DNA of 63,629 nt, filler included, from Stramenopiles sp. TOSAG23-3 (GCA_900128585.1; 10 parts of 10 records of this genome joined end to end with filler, not necessarily neighbours in it); one strand, 5' to 3'. Counted from the first letter of the whole stretch, positions 19,529 to 30,736 are shown. Notes: generated from the sequence alone by a model not told the origin. Numbers and translations: made by a program.

Positions 19529-20099
19529 TTACTGGTAATATTGAGTCTCTGTCATTCTATTTAGATATGTCACATTTATTGAAAATAGCAAATCGTTGCG
19601 AAGGTCTAACGGGGTAAGAAACATGGCGTTTTCAGCGTTGATGTCTGCATTGTTGGAAACGAGATGTTTTATAATGTTTGCGTGGCCATGCTCGGCGGCT
19701 ATATGAAGCGGTTTGGTTTCGTTTTCGTCTAGATTTATGTTTGCATGCATTCCGTCCTCTGCCAAAGCTGTTTTGAACATTTTGAGGTTTCCGTGGGTGG
19801 CAGCGAAGACGATACGTTGGTAGGCATTTTGTCGCGAGGAACGGGTTCGTTCGGGGGAGCGTGTGTTGGTTTGTTTCTTTTTTACATGTTCGATGTTTTG
19901 GAGTGCGATGCGTTCTGCGTAAACGTCCCCGACTTGCTTTGCGATATCTAAATCTTTTTGATGGTATGTCAACGCTTCATGGTAGTTTCCAAGCTTTTGA
20001 TGGGCTTCACCAATGTTGCAGTATGCTCTTCCCTCACCACCTTTATCACCCAATTGCAATGCAATATCTAAATGTTTTTTTTTGATGGTATGTCAGGGT
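19529..20099 (-). pseudogene. TPR plus ankyrin repeat fragment
   Basis: TPR EGRAYCNIGEAHQKLGNYHEALTYHQKDLDIA; ankyrin KPLHIAAEHGHANIIKHLV..TPLDL. The upstream TPR (LTYHQK/HLDIA) is broken by an A9 run at 20075-20083. Confidence 0.7.
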
Positions 20100-20459
20100 T
20101 TTCCCTTCCAAATATCTTCACACAGGATAGTCTCCAACATATGATTAATTCCTATCACGGTATGATGTCTCCCGCTATATAAATGTGTAGTGTGACACTT
20201 ACCCTACAAAACAACTCACACACCACCACCCTACACCATGACGACGACGAACGACGAACGACGACGGGACAACCAAACCACTCTTCCTCCACGCCCCCGT
20301 CCCGTTTTGGACCAAACCCCTACCTATTTTGATGGATTTTCTTTGACAATCTTCGCTTCCTGCCGTTTCACCGCAAACCCACCGCAACAGCACACAACCC
20401 ACCGCCGCAAACCCACCGCAACGGCACACAACCCACCACCACAACCCACCGCAACCAAC

Positions 20460-22565
20460 ATGAGCAACTCTAAGTTTGAAACAATGGAGTTGGGCTTGGA
20501 GTCGGCCGACAACGTCATGGTAGGTGGCGCACCGAAACAAATTAAAAGCCGTTTGAGGCCAAGTCTTGTGAAAAAACAATTGATGATAGTCAAAGAGAAA
20601 AACCCAAGACTGTTCTGGTGCGGCAACTTTTGCGTGTCCGCAATCAGTTTGGCGTTGTATATCCTGGATGTATATACGGATGTGGTGCTGTGTATCGCCA
20701 TTTACCACTACAACCATCACGGGTGGTTTTCCATCATGGTGACTTGTATCGCATTGCCGTATGTGGTGGCGGTCGCGGGGATTATGCGGTATTGTTATAT
20801 ACGCAGAGCACACCCGTTATGGAATTTTATGTTATGGAATTTCCCCTTTTTTGTACTTGTTGTACCATGTTTGGATGTCCTAATGCCGTTCTACCGTACT
20901 GGGTGCGTGAAAAAAAAGTACCAGGTCACCTTCATGGCCCAATACGAGGCCTTGCGTACCTTGAGCGCAACGTTGTTGGAATCCTTTCCACAGACCATTG
21001 TTCAAGTGTATATTTTCTTGTATTGCGATGGGAACGAAGACCAGTGTTTAGGGATTACGCAGGAAGCAGGAACAGCCTTGACACAATCGTTGATAATCAG
21101 TGTTCTGTCCATTGCGTATCGGGTGGCGCAGGTAGTCTTTGAGATGCGAAAGGAGAAGTTGGGGCTATGCCTGTATTTGAAATCGTTGATGGATATGGGC
21201 GGAGGGTTTCCGTTGCGGGCGATTATTAACAACCAAGTGGGAACCGAACTAGACATCGGGATAAAGTTGATACCAGCACAAGTCCAGTCGTTGGCCTCGG
21301 CGTTGAAGCACAACACTTCCATTGTCAAGCTAAATTTGAACGAGTGTGACATAGACGATGAAGGCTGCGAGCATTTGGCGCCCGCCCTGGCCAAGATGAC
21401 CGATTTGGAACTGCTTGGCTTAGACAGGAACCAAATCACGGACCAAGGCTGCGAGCATTTGTTGCCCGCCCTGGCCAAGATGACCGCATTGGAAACGCTT
21501 TACTTAAACGACAACAAAATCACGGACAAAGGTTGCGAGCATTTGTCGCCCGCCCTGGCCAAGATGACCGCATTGAAAAAGCTTTGCTTATGGGGCAACA
21601 AAATCACGGACCAAGGTTGCGAGCATTTGGCGCCCGCCCTGGCCAAGATGACCGCATTGGTAACGCTTGACTTAGACAGGAACCAAATCACGGACCAAGG
21701 CTGCGAGCATTTGTTGCCCGCCCTGGCCAAGATGACCGCATTGAAAGGGCTTAACTTAGGCAGCAACCAAATCACAGACAAAGGCTGCGAGCATTTGGCG
21801 CCCGCCCTGGCCAAGATGACCGCATTGTCTAGGCTTAAATTGAACGACAACCAAATCACAGACAAAGGCTGCGAGCATTTGGCGCCCGCCCTGGCCAAGA
21901 TGACGAACTTGGAAAAGTTATATATCCATGGAAACAATATTACTGAGGTTGGCGTGGAAAAACTAAAACCGTTTGCCTCGCAAATTGCCGCATCTCTTGG
22001 AGCGGACTTAAAGAGCACAAAATGGGACTTGGGCGGCAAAAACTTAACCGACAAAGATATGACATGGTTGTCGCCCGCACTGGCCAAGATGACAAACTTG
22101 GAAAAGTTATATATCCATGGAAACAATATTACTGAGGTTGGCGTGGAAAAACTAACACCGTTTGCCTCGCAAATTGCCGCATCTCTTGGGGCAGACTTAA
22201 AGAGCACAGAATGGAACTTGAGCGGCAAACACTTAACCGACCAGGATATGTTAATCGTCACGGAACTGTTAAAGAAGAATACCGCGTTGAAAGAGCTTTA
22301 CTTAAACCACAACCAAATCACGGACAAAGGTTGCGAGCATTTGGCGCCCGCCCTGCCCAAGATGACCGCATTGAAAAGGTTTAGCTTATGGAACAACCAA
22401 ATCACGGACAAAGGTTGCGAGCATTTGTCGCCCGCCCTGCCCAAGATGACCGCATTGGAAAGGTTTAGCTTATGGAACAACCAAATCACGGACCAAGGCA
22501 AAACGCAAATGCGAGAGGCGTGGAAAAATGCTGGAAAAAAATATTCAAATAATTTATTCTTGTAA
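20460..22565 (+). CDS. XK-related membrane domain fused to RNI-like leucine-rich repeats
   Basis: XK-family motifs LYILDVYTDV..GWFSIM and LLESFPQTIVQVYI..SLIISVLSI; 28-aa LRRs LxxLxLxxNQITDxGCEHLxPALAKMT. Likely ATG at 20460. Confidence 0.85.
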   Translation: MSNSKFETMELGLESADNVMVGGAPKQIKSRLRPSLVKKQLMIVKEKNPRLFWCGNFCVSAISLALYILDVYTDVVLCIAIYHYNHHGWFSIMVTCIALPYVVAVAGIMRYCYIRRAHPLWNFMLWNFPFFVLVVPCLDVLMPFYRTGCVKKKYQVTFMAQYEALRTLSATLLESFPQTIVQVYIFLYCDGNEDQCLGITQEAGTALTQSLIISVLSIAYRVAQVVFEMRKEKLGLCLYLKSLMDMGGGFPLRAIINNQVGTELDIGIKLIPAQVQSLASALKHNTSIVKLNLNECDIDDEGCEHLAPALAKMTDLELLGLDRNQITDQGCEHLLPALAKMTALETLYLNDNKITDKGCEHLSPALAKMTALKKLCLWGNKITDQGCEHLAPALAKMTALVTLDLDRNQITDQGCEHLLPALAKMTALKGLNLGSNQITDKGCEHLAPALAKMTALSRLKLNDNQITDKGCEHLAPALAKMTNLEKLYIHGNNITEVGVEKLKPFASQIAASLGADLKSTKWDLGGKNLTDKDMTWLSPALAKMTNLEKLYIHGNNITEVGVEKLTPFASQIAASLGADLKSTEWNLSGKHLTDQDMLIVTELLKKNTALKELYLNHNQITDKGCEHLAPALPKMTALKRFSLWNNQITDKGCEHLSPALPKMTALERFSLWNNQITDQGKTQMREAWKNAGKKYSNNLFL
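21361..22500 (+). repeat. 84-bp near-identical LRR coding tandem array with a duplicated 174-bp module
   Basis: Framework AACCAAATCACGGACxAAGGxTGCGAGCATTTGxxGCCCGCCCTGGCCAAGATGACCGCATTG is repeated with a variable 21-nt window. Confidence 0.95.
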
Positions 22566-22911
22566 CCCCAACAACCATATCGTCTTTCCACCAAAATGGC
22601 CGTGAGCATCAGAACGGTGGCTGTTCCTTTATTGAACATCGTTGAAAGTTGTGAGTTAAAACGTTTTTTCTTTCTTTTTTCCGTGCATTACATATGTGAT
22701 CTATAACGGGGTGGAATTGTCGTATTTAAACAAAAAACATCACTTTTCCCTTGCTTTGCCAACTTTGAACGCCCTTTGGAAAGTGTGCTTTTTAACACAA
22801 AATGCTTCTATCTTTCTTAACATGTTGTGCCCTTTTTGTTGCTATTGAGGAAGTAAATTTTAAAACAATTTTCAATGCTGTGTTTATCTAATAACACTTG
22901 GATAAATTGTA

Positions 22912-23011
22912 NNNNNNNNNNNNNNNNNNNNNNNNNNNNNNNNNNNNNNNNNNNNTTAATTAATTAANNNNNNNNNNNNNNNNNNNNNNNNNNNNNNNNN
23001 NNNNNNNNNNN
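22912..23011. other. Artificial contig linker
   Basis: N44-TTAATTAATTAA-N44. Confidence 0.98.
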
Positions 23012-24670
23012 CAAAAATGTAGAATTCTGTGGGGTCAAGAGGCCATCCTGCTTGCTCTCTTGGTCGTCTTTACTGGCGCAGTGTCGGCAGTTATATATTT
23101 TCAATATACTCGCAACTTTGCTGACCAAAAGTGGATGTTTCTATGTATACTGGCCATTTCGGCCGTGCTCCTTGCGTCGTACTTTGTCCGCACGTTTAAA
23201 GCCGCCTGTTTAAAACACGAACTACTAGCCCGAGAACAGAAAAGATTGGGGGTTAGACGAAAGCAAAGGGGGGTTCTTTTTTCGCTAGAATTTCGCTCGT
23301 GGCGTCGGGGCGTCCGCGCGATATTTAGCGTAAACGGCAAGTACTATATGCTCAATATGCGCGTCTCAGAAATCTTCGGGCAAAGTGTACAGTTGCTGAA
23401 CCTGACGACAATTTATTTGTGCTGGTTGCCGCTGGAATTTTCGTCTTTGTTGTGCGCCGTGCAAGCGTTGGAACTCTTGCTTAATCTATGGCTCGCAAAC
23501 CATACCGACTCGCAACTGGTCCGAGACAGGCAACTTCTGGTCCACATTGTGGCTGACTTCGTTTATGTTGTGCTCCCCCCGTCCATAATCTATATCGGGT
23601 TTCGGATTCCAATCAAAGTAAGCGCTTTGGTCCAAATAATTGTCTTCCCGTCGCTATCTCTGCTGTCCAAAGCCAACGCTATTTGGAACGATCTGTTTTT
23701 GATGAAAGAGAGAAGCATGTCTGTGAACACTGTGTGCCCAGGCCAGGCAAGAGGGCATAGACGTCGCGTTAGTATTTTAGGCATGATTGAAGACAAGGAT
23801 GTTACCAGAACCCAGCTTGAACATTTTCCAAGGTGGCTGCGGAATGTCTTTTCAGCTATAAACGGAACATTCCTGTTGATTTTCATGTTTTTGCCAGTGC
23901 TGCAATTGGCAACGAGGCCGGCGGACGAGGCATGTGCCAACCGTTATTCCTCGGAAGTGTGGAAAGGGTGCAGGGTGCCCGTTCCATTTTGCCAAAATAT
24001 ATTTGTCCCACGCTGCGACTGCGCCGTGTTAACGATATGTAATTACTCCCAACCGTCCCTTCCTGATTCATTAACAGGGATGAAATCGCTCATTGTGTTA
24101 ACAGTGGCCAAAGGTAACCTAACAAAGTTGCCAACCAGGATGGGTCAGCAACATCCTTCTGTAGTATCCTTGTTTGTGTACGGGACCAAGCTTGCAGAAT
24201 TACCCGATAGCATAGGTGATATGAAAGAACTCTTCGACTTGTATATCCCCAACAACGAGCTTACGACTCTTCCAGAGAGCGTCGCAAAACTTCCGAACTT
24301 GGCCAACTTGATAGTTTTCAACAACGAGCTGACTAGCGTCCCTGATTATGCTGGAGCCTTCGATCGTTTACTGCAATTGGATGTTTCGAACAATCGGTTA
24401 AACATACTTCCTGGCAACATGTTATTTCTGGAGTGGCTTCATGCGTGGAACAACACAATGGAATCGTTCCCAGACGGGCTGATCTCCTTAACTAAAGTAG
24501 ACGTGCGCCACAACCGGATCAATGCCCTTCCAAGCGAAAACTGGGAACAGATAGAGTATTTTTACGCTGCTGGAAACCCCCTCTGCCCTTATAAGTTTCC
24601 AAGCGGCGTGCAAGGACGTTGTCAAGCACAATGTTCCCCGGACTGTCCATCGCATCGGATCAGAAATCAG
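23012..24670 (+). CDS. Multi-pass membrane protein with C-terminal LRRs and Cys-rich caps (truncated at both ends)
   Basis: Several TM helices, then GCRVPVPFC..RCDCA cap, LxxLPxxI-type LRRs and GNPLC cap. The frame runs into the 35-N gap at 24671-24705. Confidence 0.85.
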
Positions 24671-24869
24671 NNNNNNNNNNNNNNNNNNNNNNNNNNNNNN
24701 NNNNNAGAAAAATTGGCTGTTATTTTTTATAGTAATTAAAATTAAAGAAAAAAAGAGGTGTAGTATACATATTCGATAAAATCTAAATGCATATTATTCT
24801 TGGGAACACTTTAGAACACTTATATATCATAAATTGATTTAAATGAAATATCTGGGATGATTAAGTCTC

Positions 24870-26525
24870 TTAAAACATCCCGACCGCGCTCAAAAATCTG
24901 TGCCCTAAATTGTGCTCAGAGGGCTCCTCCAGTGCAGGGCTGGCGTCTTGCGTTGCGGTGGTGCCGCTCTTTTTCTTGCGCCTCCTCTTTCGCCGTTTCC
25001 TCTTCTTCTTTGCCTTTAAAATGCTTGGCAACTTTATGTTTAATTTTCTTATTCTTTCCGGCAAATGTTTTTCCACGTCCTTAAAATCGCGCCATTCTTC
25101 CCGCCCCTTGGCCTTTAATAATTCCAGCTTTGACTTCATCTTTTTCCGTCCCCGTTTTGTCATTTTTTTCCGAGAATCGGCCTCGTGCGATTTTATGCGT
25201 TCAAGCGCTCCTTGGATCGCACGCAAGCGGTCTTCACGATCGTTGTACTGTTCCACATCCTCGTAGCGGATCCCAACAAACGAGCAATCCGCAAAATCAA
25301 GGATCACTCGCTGGTGTCCTAACCGACACTCCAGCGCGGCGTTTGCAAACGGTTCGTTGGTCTCCAGCCACGTGCAAGCGTCAGTCCCACTGCATCCTGG
25401 CTCTGCGTGCACCGACCCGTCAGCGGGAAGCATGGTGGACCGAAGCAGCTGACGGGCGGGCAACAGGGCGTTCTTCAGCGCTCGCTTTGCATTTTCTTCT
25501 CGGCGCCGTTCTTTAAATGCCACGTGCCTGCCCACCGTCCCCGGTTTCCTAGGGTCCATGAGCCGGCCTTCCAAAACGCGACAGTTGGATAGAATTTCCT
25601 GTGCGTGGTAGGGCAACGAATTCCATAACGAAGAAAATTGTCCGAGCCAGATCCCCTTGCTCCTCAGGTTGTAGCACCTCATTCGTTCGCTTTCAAACCG
25701 AAGGCGGCCCTTCAAAAATTCAATTCTCCAGTTTTTGAACACATCCAGACCGTCGCTCTCGCTGTTTGTCTGGAGCAATACGTTTGGGTCGTGGCTCGAC
25801 AGCAATCGCCACGGCCCCTCCTTGTCATTGTGGTACACGTAGTCAAACGCTTGCTTGCACACCGAAGAGAACTTCACCGCTCCTTCTTCATGCCTTAGAA
25901 ATTCACCAAACACCTTGTTCAGCACTGGGGACGGAACGCGAGAGAAGAAGTTGCACGGTGTGACGTCGTCCATGTGTATCACCGTTGGCAGCAAAGCATG
26001 CCTCCGCCTCATTCCAAGGAGCCATATAATTGCTTCCCGCATGCTCTTGAACTTAATGCCGGATCTTAGTATTGACAAGAGTCGATTTTTCTCGGCGCCA
26101 AGAAACCGAATCTGCCGATCCACTTCCGTCCCGCCCCTGCGCTCTTCTTCCATGGTCTCCAACCGCTTCTTCCGAACTCTGTGTGCCATTTCCTCCATCT
26201 TGCACTCCGGGTCTTGCCTCAAGCTTGCCTTCACCGTTGCATTGTTCAAGTCCGTCTCTCTCTCGCAGTATCCCTGTTGTATTTGTTTCGCAGGTTTGCC
26301 GCAGAACAAACAGAACCTGCGAAGTTGAAACGACACGACGGCCTTCCGTACCGTTTGCAATGGGTCGTTGTGACTGGCGTTGTCTTGCCCTTTAAAACGC
26401 GCGCAGGACGAGACCATGTGGTATAACATTACGTCTCGATCCCTCTCTCGAACATCGGCGCTGAGATTGACCAGCCGGAGAGACTTTTTCGGGAACCTGG
26501 GGTACTGTCCCACCAGGCCTTGCAT
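24870..26525 (-). CDS. Hypothetical protein with an F-box-like motif and a basic C-terminus
   Basis: 551-aa ORF; FSRVPSPVLNKVFGEFL..FSSVCKQA is F-box-like. Confidence 0.65.
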   Translation of the reverse strand: MQGLVGQYPRFPKKSLRLVNLSADVRERDRDVMLYHMVSSCARFKGQDNASHNDPLQTVRKAVVSFQLRRFCLFCGKPAKQIQQGYCERETDLNNATVKASLRQDPECKMEEMAHRVRKKRLETMEEERRGGTEVDRQIRFLGAEKNRLLSILRSGIKFKSMREAIIWLLGMRRRHALLPTVIHMDDVTPCNFFSRVPSPVLNKVFGEFLRHEEGAVKFSSVCKQAFDYVYHNDKEGPWRLLSSHDPNVLLQTNSESDGLDVFKNWRIEFLKGRLRFESERMRCYNLRSKGIWLGQFSSLWNSLPYHAQEILSNCRVLEGRLMDPRKPGTVGRHVAFKERRREENAKRALKNALLPARQLLRSTMLPADGSVHAEPGCSGTDACTWLETNEPFANAALECRLGHQRVILDFADCSFVGIRYEDVEQYNDREDRLRAIQGALERIKSHEADSRKKMTKRGRKKMKSKLELLKAKGREEWRDFKDVEKHLPERIRKLNIKLPSILKAKKKRKRRKRRRKKKSGTTATQDASPALEEPSEHNLGHRFLSAVGMF

Positions 26526-27227
26526 TTGTGGCGAGATCGATCGATTCGGTTAACTTCTCCCTTCCTTTCTCATTGAAAAACTAAACTCTCTCTTTTCCCC
26601 GAAGTGATAAGCACGTTCGTTCGTTCGTTCGTTCTCTGTTATAAAATTTAAACAACTCTTTCATATATATGATGAAGAGAATATATTTTATTTATTATGT
26701 TACATCATCATATTTTGTTATAACCAAGAAGTATATAAGTAAATAAAAAATATGAGAAAAAAAAGAGAAGTAGAAGAAAAAAATGAAACTTACTCTCTAC
26801 ACTATAAACCCCCGCGAAGGAAGCGAAGCGAACGAAGCGAAGCGAAGAAGAAGAAACGGAACTATTTTATATATTTATAATAATGAGAAGATAGGAGGAA
26901 GAAGGATGAAGAAATAATCTTTAATTAAAGGTTTTTCTGCTGTTTCCCTCCTCTCTTTTTTATTTTTATGAACTATTCTTCTTTGTTCTTTAAGTTAAAA
27001 GTTAAAATTGATAAAAAAAAAGGAAGGATATAAACAAACCCGTACCTTAAATAATATTTTATGGATTTCGTTTCGTCTTCTTCTTCTTCTATATCTTCAA
27101 CTTCGACAAATTCAATTATTGAATTCTTCTATCTTTTTCAACACACACAAGGAAGGTTTTGTTTAATTAAAAATTATATTAATAAATCTTTTGAAAGAGC
27201 TCCACCTGGTTATCTAAAGAGAACAGT

Positions 27228-28556
27228 ATGTTTCAAAGAATGCAGGGATACGGATTAACTCTAACGGCCGTGTTTTTACGAGTTCTGTTTTTGTGGTCTG
27301 CTGTGGTCCCAGCGTCCGGGTTGCCTTTTTTGACGAGGCTGGAGGAAAACGGGACGCTCCATGATGGCAAACGCGTTTTTGTCCCAAGGGGGGCAAATTA
27401 CATTCGGCTGAACGCCTCACAAGGAGGGTCGGGGCCATATGACCCTACAAATCCGGTGTACCATTCAACTTTTTCCCCAATTTACTTTAATGCAACAGAA
27501 GCGCGCAGTTTGCTTTCCCGGCTACGAGGGAATGGGTACAACATCGTTCGCGTCTTCGTCGACGTTGGGGCCCCGAACCGGAACGATGGCGTAGTGAAAG
27601 GAAACTATTTGTCCCCTAAGTACATGGAAAATGTTGCAGTGTTTGTTGACATAGCAGCATCACTGCAAATATACACAGTGCCAACGTTGTTCATGTTCCC
27701 GTTGTATACAACACGGTATGGATGCAATGCTACTGCAACGGAATCGAAGTCCTTTCAGTTTCCTAACGACGTTGTGTTTGTCAAGGGATGCGTGAAGGCA
27801 AAGGAAGACTACGCCCGGGACTTTGTGCAAGACCTTAAAAATAGGCTCGGGGGCGACCTGAGCTCGCTTGCGTTTGTCTCGATTCAGAACGAGCTGAATA
27901 TTAATCTTGGAGTGAACCCCTTTGCCCAGGGTTTTTCGCACATTGTGGAAGCTGCCGATGGTGTGCTGTACAATATGTCCCGGGCAAACGAACGGCAAAC
28001 CATGTTTGAAAATTGTACTAGGTATTGGGCATCGAGCGTGCGGGCCGCTATCAAGGCAGTCAGTCCCCAAACGCTCGTTGGCGTGGGTATGTTTACGTAC
28101 AGTGCCGTCGGACGGGCCTTTGCATCGTCAAAAGCTCTGCCTCCTTGCACCCCGTCCGCTGAAGATTGCCGGGTCCCCCCCCGGCCTAGTGTTCTCGAAA
28201 GGTGCGTTGACATATTGGATGTCCATGTGTACCAGGCGCCAGGCTGGGGCAGCCTCAAGGCAGACCTCGACAGCTCGGATTGGGAAAGTTTGGCGTTGAA
28301 TTCGGCGGCAATTGTTATGGGGGAGTTTGGAGCATGGCGGAAAAATCCATCCGTGTTTTCGAATGAAACCACAGCTGCAAAGGCCATGGTTCACCAACAA
28401 GTTCAGTCTTGCAAATTTTCGTTCCAGGGGTGGTTGTTTTGGACTGCCGATACATGGGAACAGCCTCGCCTTTGGAACTTTAAGAGTGCCCCAAAGATAG
28501 AACTTGACTTGGCCCCAACGTTTAGGCCAAACCCATGCCAGGCAGGAGGCAAATGA
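27228..28556 (+). CDS. Secreted glycoside hydrolase, GH5-like (clan GH-A)
   Basis: Signal peptide; RGANY, GYNIVRVF, IQNE acid/base, DVHVY, VMGEFG nucleophile, GWLFW. Confidence 0.85.
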   Translation: MFQRMQGYGLTLTAVFLRVLFLWSAVVPASGLPFLTRLEENGTLHDGKRVFVPRGANYIRLNASQGGSGPYDPTNPVYHSTFSPIYFNATEARSLLSRLRGNGYNIVRVFVDVGAPNRNDGVVKGNYLSPKYMENVAVFVDIAASLQIYTVPTLFMFPLYTTRYGCNATATESKSFQFPNDVVFVKGCVKAKEDYARDFVQDLKNRLGGDLSSLAFVSIQNELNINLGVNPFAQGFSHIVEAADGVLYNMSRANERQTMFENCTRYWASSVRAAIKAVSPQTLVGVGMFTYSAVGRAFASSKALPPCTPSAEDCRVPPRPSVLERCVDILDVHVYQAPGWGSLKADLDSSDWESLALNSAAIVMGEFGAWRKNPSVFSNETTAAKAMVHQQVQSCKFSFQGWLFWTADTWEQPRLWNFKSAPKIELDLAPTFRPNPCQAGGK

Positions 28557-28676
28557 TAATTTTTGAAGGCCAGTTGTGTAATAACACATAAAGAAATTCG
28601 TATAATGTCTTTAATTTTTAAAAATTGTAAAAGTTATTTATCAATTATAAACTTTTTAATTCCATAATATTAAACT

Positions 28677-30087
28677 TCACTCGTCAAGCTCCCACACATC
28701 GTTTTCTTCCTTGAGCATCGCATACGCTGAGGGCTGTGGTGTCGTTTCTGCTACGGCAGGCGACGAGGGTGGCTTCGCAGGCAGCGCCGGTGGCGTCGGT
28801 GGGGTCTCCTCCAGGTCTGCCTGGGCCGCTGTGCCACGATCACCGCTACCTTCACCGCCACCCTGCTGCGGTTCTGCTGCCTTCTTTGCGGGGGGTGGAG
28901 GCACTTCATCGTCGCTGTCGACGCTGCTCCCTTCGCTCTCGGCGATGGCGACGCGTACGAATGCCTTCGCGGGGTTGCCTGTCTCCTCCGTTCCTGCCAC
29001 CTTTGCCACGCCTAAATCTTCTGCGCTGGCGATCGACACGTTCGTTTTTAGACCATCCTCCCCAAACCGTTCCACCATGCTCTTCACTTCTTTTTGTATT
29101 CGATCGTACTCTTTGCCGTTGTCCCCTGTGCCCGTGCGTTGTCCCTCTTCGGTGTCCGTAACCCCAGCCGCAAGTGCCCGGGCGCGCTCACTGTTGTCAA
29201 AGTACCATGTCGTAATTGCGAACCGCTCCTTGTGGGTCGCCAAGACCTCGTGGGGCACACGAAAATCCGACCAGAATATGACCGCGCGCCCAGGACAAGG
29301 CTCTATCTCTGCTTTGATTGTCTCCCCGTCCCTGTCAAAAATGCGAAGCTCCCCACCATCCCCCTTCTTCCACCCACTATTTAAGTACATCAGCGTCGTC
29401 AACCGTCGCCCGTTGCAGTCGTCCCCTGCGCCAAACTTGCAGTGGTTGTCCGTGTGCTTGATGTACCTCGCGCCATTTCCAGGGTAGCACGTGACCATCG
29501 CCTTCGAACGATTCAGCACCCCTTCCAGCCCAGCCAAGTGCTGGCCGAGCTCGGAGACAAACGTGTCTATTTTCTGAAGGTAGTTTGGGAGCGACAAATC
29601 TGTCCCGTTCTCCCAGTACGGTTCCGAACCGTCGAACCACTCGACAACGTCGCCCCGGACTTTCGTGTGGGTATACGTCAAACTGGACCCGGACTTTCCG
29701 CCAGCCAGCACGCCCAGGCGCAGCTTGCCGTTCTCGTACACTTTTCTTACGTCCTTCTTCAGCATGTCTACGTGCGGCAAGGGGATGAACCAATCGATCA
29801 CGAGGTGGTCGTTTTTCATCAACAGGTTGCCAAACTCTTCCAAACACTCGTCCATGATGAACCACCACTCCTCTTTCCCCAGCAACGTGTATTTCAAACG
29901 AAGGGTATCCACGGCGTCCGGGAACTTCTTGTTGCATGCATGCAGCTGCGAACGAAGCTTTGCATACGCCGCGTTAACACCCCCCCCCGGTCCCAACATC
30001 CACCGGCAAGCTTGCTTCGCTCGCCGGCGGCGGCACCTTTGATTTCCCCTTCTTCTTCTGTTTCTTCCGTTTTTTCTTGGACGGCAT
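28677..30087 (-). CDS. EGLN/PHD-like prolyl 4-hydroxylase (N-terminus shifted at a G9 run)
   Basis: RSKAMVTCYPGNGARYIKHTDN, GRRLTTLMYLN, GGELRIF, FWSDFRVPHEV, RFAITTWYFD. Likely N-terminus MPSKKKRKK lies in another frame and joins at 29980-29988; an alternative in-frame ATG is at 29999. Confidence 0.9.
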
Positions 30088-30576
30088 TGCCTCTCTCCAC
30101 AACAACAACCGCGGGCAATCTCCTTGGTATAAGCAAGAAACGGTATACGCAACACCACCAACGCCTCTGTTCAATTACAAAGAAGAAGAAAAATACTACT
30201 CGTGAAAAGGGCGAATAGAAGAAACGGGGTTTCGGCTGCATTTTTAACAACATTATTAGAAACATAAACACACACTAATTGTTTTTTTGTGTACAACGAA
30301 CGAACGAAGGAACGAACGAACGAAGAACGCGTATTTAATTTATTATATTTCTTCTTCTTCTTCCCATTCTTCTTCTTCTTCTTTCTTCTCTTCTTAATAA
30401 AAATATTTTTTTAGATATTTATTATAGAAGAAGAAGGAAGAAGACGACGCGGCAGACGAGGAGACGACGACGACAGACAGACAGACGAGACTAATAATAA
30501 TAATGCGTTTATATTGCGGATGCAATATACAAGTTTATTACGTCGGGTGACGAGATTTCTTCGAACAGAGACCTAT

Positions 30577-30676
30577 NNNNNNNNNNNNNNNNNNNNNNNN
30601 NNNNNNNNNNNNNNNNNNNNTTAATTAATTAANNNNNNNNNNNNNNNNNNNNNNNNNNNNNNNNNNNNNNNNNNNN
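30577..30676. other. Artificial contig linker
   Basis: N44-TTAATTAATTAA-N44. Confidence 0.98.
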
Positions 30677-30735
<59 letters not shown>

Positions 30736-30736
30736 T
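30677..30736. repeat. (CTTT)n microsatellite at contig end
   Basis: Pure repeat. Confidence 0.95.

Noticed and set aside
8477-19531. Alternative genetic code (TGA/TAA readthrough)
   Set aside because: All three stops terminate conserved genes normally in this window. In-frame stops occur only in fragments that also carry frameshifts.
21361-22500. CRISPR-like alternation of constant and variable segments
   Set aside because: In-frame 84-bp LRR coding repeats. The variable parts are homologous to each other and there are no cas genes.
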